From Bdellovibrionales bacterium (GTDB lineage: Bacteria > Bdellovibrionota > Bdellovibrionia > Bdellovibrionales > DASUEL01), in the NCBI GenBank assembly GCA_050250255.1, contig JBFWOZ010000011.1, forward strand, positions 14,255 to 78,254: a DNA stretch of 64,000 bases, written 5' to 3'. This document shows positions 58,781-64,000 of the stretch, piece by piece. The position numbers were made by a program, and so were the translations under genes. The notes beneath the pieces are model-generated. The model saw only the letters and a list, made by a program, of their open reading frames with translations. It made no database searches and was not told the DNA's origin. Positions within the stretch are counted from its first letter, which is position 1. Each line of letters starts with the position of its first letter.

Positions 58781-59159
58781 TTGTTGAGTCCTCCAGTTTG
58801 TCTCAAATGTTGTAGTCCTAAATCTGTCTTCTCTTAATCTGTTCAATACGCTCAGAACCGCTTCCCTCTCATCACCAAGACCTAAGTCTTGGGGTAAAAA
58901 AAGTGAATAAGGCCCCTTCACACGGCTGGAAATATTTTTCCGACCCTGTGTCTGTTCGAGTTCATCTTAAACTCTGAGAACTTTAGTTTTGCGGTAATTG
59001 CTCCCCTACCCAGTATCTTGCCGCGAACTTTCTCTTCGTCTTTTCTTTTCCTCTCTACAGAAAATTTCATTTTTCTACTTTGAGGAGACAGTGAGAAAAA
59101 ATTACTCACTGCTTAAGGTAAAACAAATCATCCACCGTTTTTTTGGTCAAGGGAATATC

Positions 59160-59206
59160 CCACTAGATCTAGTGGACTCCTAAAAACTAGACCCTATCCA
59201 TAGTAC
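59160..59206. promoter_or_regulatory. Tandem NrdR boxes
   Basis: CCACTAGATCTAGTGG (59160-59175) and weaker ACCCTATCCATAGTAC (59191-59206), 31 bp apart, upstream of nrdJ. Confidence 0.75.
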
Positions 59207-59407
59207 CAAATCAGCAAATCTAAGGACTTAATGCGAGTCAGCTAGACTTAACAAAACGCTAACACATGGCTCAACTGCTTATAAAAGAATCAGGTGCTGC
59301 TGAGGGTTTCAGCAAACATAAAAATGTGGTGTTCAAAAAATAGGCATCATGACAACACAGAGAGAAAATGTTAAGCATTTTGCTAAATATTAGGTTACAC
59401 AAAACAC

Positions 59408-60613
59408 ATGAAGATCACGCCCCAAAGCCCCATTTATTTGGATCACCAATCCACCACGCCTTCTGACCCTCAAGTGGTTGAGGCGATGGTTCCATTTCTC
59501 ACAGAGAACTTTGGGAATGCTTCGAGTAACACTCACTCTTACGGATGGATCGCTAAAGAAGCTGTCGAGGAAGCAAGAAAACAAGTCGCTCTTGCGATCC
59601 AGGCACAAGAAAGAGAAATCATTTTCACTTCTGGCGCCACGGAGAGCATTTCGATGGCGGTTTTGGGCGTAGCTCTCAATCACAACTTCCAAGGTCATAT
59701 CATTACCACTAACGTAGAACACCGAGCGGTACTGGAAGCCTGTAAGGCTGTCGAAAAGCGCGGCGTAAAGCTCACCGTTCTTCCGGCAGATCAAAACGGT
59801 CAAGTAACGGCAGCCCAAGTGGAAGCTGCTCTCACTCCCGAAACCATTTTGGTTTCGATCATTTACGCCAATAACGAAATCGGAACGATTAACCCTATCT
59901 CAGAAATTGGCTCTCTCTGTCGCCGCAAAGACATTCCCTTTCACGTGGATGGAACACAAGCTGTAGGAAAACTTGCTCTTTCTGTAGACGAAGATGGTGT
60001 AAGCCTCATGTCCTTTTCAGCACACAAAATTTATGGCCCTAAAGGTGTAGGCGCTCTCTTTGCTCGTAAGCGCAGCCCTCGCGTGAAGCTTGATCCTTTG
60101 ATCTCTGGTGGCGGGCAAGAGCTCGGTATGCGTGGCGGCACTTATAACGTAGCCGGGATTGTTGGCTTTGGAAAAGCCTGCGAGATTGCGATGAATCAGC
60201 GAATCACGGAGTGCACAAAGATGCTGGAGCTGAGAACTTCGTTTTTACGCATCCTTTCAGAAAATGTTTTGGGCTTTCGCTTAAACGGGCATTCGACGCA
60301 AAGACTTTGCAACAATCTCAGCCTCACTTTTGAAGGCGCAAAATCCGTTGATATCCTCGGAAAAATTCATAAGGTTGTGGCATTGAGCACAGGTTCGTCC
60401 TGTAGCAGTTTAACGGGCGATCCAAGCCACGTATTGATGGCGCTCGGCCTCAGCAAGGCCGAAGCCTTAAGCACTGTGCGAATCGGTTTTGGACGCTTTA
60501 ACACCTCCTCGCAAATCGAAACAGCCGCCAAAGAACTAGCGCAGGCTGTGAAAAACGCCAGAACCAAAGCAGCCCCTTTAAAAGCCCCCAAAGACCTTCA
60601 CCTCTCCACTTAA
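59408..60613 (+). CDS. iscS: IscS-type cysteine desulfurase
   Basis: IYLDHQSTTP, FTSGATE, NNEIG, SAHKIYGPKG, STGSSCSS. Confidence 0.92.
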   Translation: MKITPQSPIYLDHQSTTPSDPQVVEAMVPFLTENFGNASSNTHSYGWIAKEAVEEARKQVALAIQAQEREIIFTSGATESISMAVLGVALNHNFQGHIITTNVEHRAVLEACKAVEKRGVKLTVLPADQNGQVTAAQVEAALTPETILVSIIYANNEIGTINPISEIGSLCRRKDIPFHVDGTQAVGKLALSVDEDGVSLMSFSAHKIYGPKGVGALFARKRSPRVKLDPLISGGGQELGMRGGTYNVAGIVGFGKACEIAMNQRITECTKMLELRTSFLRILSENVLGFRLNGHSTQRLCNNLSLTFEGAKSVDILGKIHKVVALSTGSSCSSLTGDPSHVLMALGLSKAEALSTVRIGFGRFNTSSQIETAAKELAQAVKNARTKAAPLKAPKDLHLST

Positions 60614-60631
60614 CTTTGCTATAGTCGAGTC

Positions 60632-60958
60632 ATGATTCAAATCTCGGAAAATGCGGCAAATCAAATTGCCCGAGTCAAAACAGAGGAAAAACGACCGGAA
60701 ACTACCTTCCTACGCATTCGTGTTGTTGGCGGTGGCTGTTCAGGTATGTCTTACAAACTCGATTTTGAAACTGAAAAAGCAGGCAACGATAAAACCTTTA
60801 CCCAGCAAGGAATTGAAGTCGTCATTGACCCAAAAAGCTATCTCTATCTCTTAGGCTCTACGCTGGACTTCTCAGGGGGCCTAAACGGTAAAGGTTTTTA
60901 TATTACTAATCCCAATGCGAAAAAATCTTGCGGGTGTGGTACAAGCTTTGCTGTTTAA
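60632..60958 (+). CDS. iscA: A-type Fe-S carrier (IscA/HesB family)
   Basis: GGGCSGMSY, NPNAKKSCGCGTSF. Confidence 0.92.
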   Translation: MIQISENAANQIARVKTEEKRPETTFLRIRVVGGGCSGMSYKLDFETEKAGNDKTFTQQGIEVVIDPKSYLYLLGSTLDFSGGLNGKGFYITNPNAKKSCGCGTSFAV

Positions 60959-60979
60959 TCTGACCACTTCTTATCAACC

Positions 60980-61987
60980 ATGAGTTCAACTATTTATTCA
61001 AAGATTGTTTCTACGGGCGTCTATTTACCAAAAAAAATTGTTACAAATAAAGACCTCGAAAAAGTAATGGATACCTCTGACGAATGGATCCAGCAGCGAT
61101 CAGGAATCGTCGAACGTCGCTGGTCTTCTCCTGGTGAAACCATGTGCTCTATGTCCACCGCTGCTAGCCAAGCCGCTTTAAAAAATGCTGGCCTTGAAGC
61201 AAACGATATCGACGCCATTATTTATTCAAGCCTTCTCTCAGATTATATTTTTCCAGGCACAGGTTGTTTACTTCAAGAATCTCTCGGTTGCGAAAAAACG
61301 ATTCCCGCCCTAGATGTTCGTAATCAATGTTCGGGTTTTCTCTATGCGCTCAGTATTGCGGATGCCTGGATTCGCACCGGCACTTACAAACGTATTTTGA
61401 TTGCGACTTGTGAAATTCATAATACCAGCATGGATAAATCTCCTGCAGGACGTGACACCAGTGTTTTGTTTGGTGATGGTGCAGCCTCCGTGATTGTTGA
61501 AGCTTCAACCGATCCAAAATCTTGCGTGATGGACATCACCCTCGCAAGCCAAGGAAAGTATGCTAAGAAATTAGTGCTCGAAAGACCTTCACCGAATGAT
61601 GAAGCTCGTATTCATGAGAAACTCCTTGAAGATCCTAAACGTTACCCTTACATGGATGGAAAATACGTTTTCAAAAATGCCGTTGAGCGAATGACCGAAT
61701 CGATGAAAGAAATCGCCGCGCGCAATAAAGTGGAAGTCTCGGATATTGATTTTGTGATTCCACATCAAGCGAACAAAAGAATTATCCAAATGGTCTTAGA
61801 ACAACTACAAATTCCTGAAAACAAAACTCACTACACCCTTGATCGTTTTGGTAACACCACTTCGGTCACAATCCCACTCACTCTTCATGAGTGTTTAGAA
61901 CAGAAAAAAATCAAACGTGGTGATTTGATTGCTTTTACTGCTTTTGGATCTGGGTTTACCTGGGGCTCGGCGCTCGTTCGCTTTTGA
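60980..61987 (+). CDS. fabH: Beta-ketoacyl-ACP synthase III
   Basis: DTSDEWIQQRSGI, QCSGF, LFGDGA, PHQAN, GNT, FGSGFTWG. Confidence 0.93.
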   Translation: MSSTIYSKIVSTGVYLPKKIVTNKDLEKVMDTSDEWIQQRSGIVERRWSSPGETMCSMSTAASQAALKNAGLEANDIDAIIYSSLLSDYIFPGTGCLLQESLGCEKTIPALDVRNQCSGFLYALSIADAWIRTGTYKRILIATCEIHNTSMDKSPAGRDTSVLFGDGAASVIVEASTDPKSCVMDITLASQGKYAKKLVLERPSPNDEARIHEKLLEDPKRYPYMDGKYVFKNAVERMTESMKEIAARNKVEVSDIDFVIPHQANKRIIQMVLEQLQIPENKTHYTLDRFGNTTSVTIPLTLHECLEQKKIKRGDLIAFTAFGSGFTWGSALVRF

Positions 61988-62002
61988 TATAACGAACTTC
62001 AA

Positions 62003-62150
62003 TTCAAAAATAGAAATCAATATGGGTCTTTGGCGACACGCGCATCCATGCGCTCGCCGACAGGCAGACTCTGCCGTATCCCCTACGTTGGGGGACCCTC
62101 GGCAGTGGGTCGGAGGTCGCCAAAGACCCATATTGATTTCTATTTTTGAA
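62003..62150. mobile_element. 148-bp MITE/REP-like element with perfect 35-bp terminal inverted repeats
   Basis: TTCAAAAATAGAAATCAATATGGGTCTTTGGCGAC and its reverse complement flank a GC-rich structured core containing GCGCATCCATGCGC; mobility is inferred. Confidence 0.6.
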
Positions 62151-62169
62151 ACTGCGATACCTTTGTCTT

Positions 62170-62640
62170 ATGAAAAAGCTTAGCTCGCGCTTGCAGTGTA
62201 TTTATGATCTTTTGATTCCGGGCGAAGCCCTTTGGGATATTGGGTGTGACCATGGGCTTTTGGGGATGCGTGGACTTACCGAGGCGCGATTTTCTTCTGT
62301 GAATTTCGTTGAGCCTTCTGTGAAGGCAATGGAATCTTTGAAAAATTCTTTTTCAAAACAATTTTCTGAAGCTGACACTGTCAATTTTCTTTTACAAAAA
62401 GGTGAAGACTTAGATTGGTCTAAAGTATCTGGAAATGTTGTGATTGCTGGGATGGGTGCACGTACTATCGTTAAAATTCTTGAGGCTGCTTCCGTACAGC
62501 CTCAAAAAAGAAACTTTATCCTAAGCCCTAACTGGTCGCAAAAACTTCTCGTCGATTATTTAAAAGATTCGCCAGTCGCGGAACTTTCTGCACGTGACGG
62601 GCATCGTGAACGACTGATTTTACGTTACCAAATGGGTTAA
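62170..62640 (+). CDS. trmK: tRNA (adenine22-N1)-methyltransferase TrmK-like, short form
   Basis: KLSSRL, WDIGCDHG, VIAGMGA, ILSPN. Confidence 0.75.
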   Translation: MKKLSSRLQCIYDLLIPGEALWDIGCDHGLLGMRGLTEARFSSVNFVEPSVKAMESLKNSFSKQFSEADTVNFLLQKGEDLDWSKVSGNVVIAGMGARTIVKILEAASVQPQKRNFILSPNWSQKLLVDYLKDSPVAELSARDGHRERLILRYQMG

Positions 62641-62703
62641 AAAAGCCTATTGCCTTATCTTATATTAAACGCACAGGAAGATTTAACTTCGCTGCTGGTA
62701 AAA

Positions 62704-62967
62704 CTATTGAGCCATGGCTTCACAGTATTCTTTAATTGCATTTGCATAAACTTTGCTGTCGTTAAGAATGTGTGTTTTCCATTTCGCCAAATTTCCAACT
62801 TTCTCTCTCATTATTTCAGCTTTTTCTCCAAAGGGATTTGGTGGCGGAATATTGAGTGTGGACTCGCTTGCTGTTACATTTTGTATGCACGCTGCAATAC
62901 CTGACTGCGAGTGATCTGCTCGGGCAATATGAGTGAACAGTGTTGCAACGACCATTAGTAATTTCAT
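62704..62967 (-). CDS. Small secreted hypothetical protein
   Basis: Signal peptide ending ARA; AGAGAG RBS. Confidence 0.55.
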   Translation of the reverse strand: MKLLMVVATLFTHIARADHSQSGIAACIQNVTASESTLNIPPPNPFGEKAEIMREKVGNLAKWKTHILNDSKVYANAIKEYCEAMAQ

Positions 62968-63125
62968 AAAAACTCTCTTTCATGTCATGGGTAACGAATT
63001 CCAGAGAGTGTTATTTATTTTTTTAGAAATCTGCAAAGAGAGATTTGAAACCCTCTTACGTTCTGTTCCCAAACTGTTCCCAATATGATGAATGCTGAAA
63101 AAATGTAAGTCTTTAGCGAAGTTTT

Positions 63126-63977
63126 CTAGCTGGCTTTTTTAGAAGCGTTGAGAAAACGATCCATGATGTAGACGATGGGAAGTGGATTCTCGGCCATCGA
63201 GAGGTGGCCGGTGTCTTCAATGTTGTGCAGCTCGGCTTCGGTGAACATGCGGGTCATTTTTTGTGGTTGTCCGTCGACGTAGAGATGATCATTATCTCCC
63301 CACACAACACACACTGGTTTTTCGATAAAGGGAATGCGACTTTCCCAATAGCCCCAGTCTTCTTTTGTCAGCATGAGCGAAAATCTGTGAATTACAAATA
63401 CAAGCAGTCTTAGTTGCCGACTTGTGAGTCTTGTCTGAAAACGGCGTTTTCCTTTTGATTTTTCAAGCCAAGGAACTTGAAACATTTCCGCCATACGAGG
63501 AAGTGAACGGCGACCCATCGGCGTTTGGATGTAAAACCACAAAAGTGTTGGGTAGCGTCCGAGTCTTAAGAAAAATTTTAAGAAACGATTTCGAAAACGA
63601 ATGAGTGGGTGTGGAGGCATCGGGCTCATGAGTGTCAGTGAAGCGACTTGCTCGGGACGTTGAATCGCAAGAGCCCACGCGAGAGCTCCACCGAAACTGG
63701 CGGCTCCGATATGGACTGGCTGGTCGCCAAAAGTTTTTTGAATGAATTCAGAGAGAAGCTTTACCTGTTCAGAGAAAGAAATTTGTTTTTCAGGGTGCGT
63801 GTAGAGATGCGAGAGGCTTGGAACAATTACCCGGTACTGCTTCGCTAATGATGTGCCTACGGCTTCCCAGTTCCCTGGAGCTCCACCATAACCATGAAGA
63901 AGAAGGAGTGGTTGTCCACCAGTACCCCATTCAAAATATCGAAATTGTAAAGATCCGAGATCCGCCGTCGCATTCAT
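63126..63977 (-). CDS. Alpha/beta hydrolase
   Basis: LLLHGYGG, GAASFGG nucleophile elbow, WGDND, TGH. Confidence 0.9.
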   Translation of the reverse strand: MNATADLGSLQFRYFEWGTGGQPLLLLHGYGGAPGNWEAVGTSLAKQYRVIVPSLSHLYTHPEKQISFSEQVKLLSEFIQKTFGDQPVHIGAASFGGALAWALAIQRPEQVASLTLMSPMPPHPLIRFRNRFLKFFLRLGRYPTLLWFYIQTPMGRRSLPRMAEMFQVPWLEKSKGKRRFQTRLTSRQLRLLVFVIHRFSLMLTKEDWGYWESRIPFIEKPVCVVWGDNDHLYVDGQPQKMTRMFTEAELHNIEDTGHLSMAENPLPIVYIMDRFLNASKKAS

Positions 63978-63986
63978 GCAATCTAC

Positions 63987-63994
63987 TTATCGGC
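63987..63994 (-). promoter_or_regulatory. Putative FliA (sigma28) -10 element
   Basis: GCCGATAA on the minus strand, 9 bp before the hydrolase ATG; the -35 would lie outside the window. Confidence 0.5.
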
Positions 63995-64000
63995 GTTTTT

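Noticed and set aside
58781..58921. 47-aa N-terminal extension of NrdJ in the ORF track
   Set aside because: The strong GGAGG RBS precedes the ATG at 58780; the upstream GTG has no clear RBS.
59390..59818. 142-aa minus-strand ORF opposite iscS
   Set aside because: Antisense shadow of a conserved gene, with no motifs of its own.
1..64000. CRISPR array, cas genes, integrase or transposase
   Set aside because: No regularly spaced direct repeats and no recognisable recombinase, transposase or Cas motifs in the ORF track.

Overview
Chromosomal window from a probable predatory Bdellovibrionota bacterium. This assignment is an inference from gene content: two TIGR02147/DUF4423 HTH proteins, many secreted proteases and peptidoglycan-modifying enzymes, and FliA- and sigma54-type promoters. 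Core-like genes include kdsA, lptF, dprA, a split comEC, an orphan parA, ald, slt, lnt, mutS2, two mltA paralogues, fur, nrdJ with NrdR boxes, iscS/iscA, fabH and trmK. An accessory block follows tRNA-Arg(UCG) at 33.5 kb and a second AT-rich insert lies at 50.7-53.5 kb. The main observation is a three-gene module present twice (33.8-36.3 kb and 50.7-53.5 kb). Each copy has a palindrome of form arm-CA-CTT-TG-arm centred exactly 52 bp upstream of an apparently leaderless TIGR02147 regulator. The regulator is ATGA-coupled to a secreted protein with a conserved Gly-rich/HExxY N-domain and an unrelated C-terminus, followed by a small exported protein. Other observations are a candidate sigma54-driven 51-nt sRNA with a C9 loop, direct and inverted copies of the tRNA 3' end, several long intergenic inverted-repeat elements, a DnaA-box-like cluster and an apparent GC-skew reversal near 62.1 kb. 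No CRISPR array, integrase or transposase was seen. All calls come from reading motifs by eye; no database searches were run.
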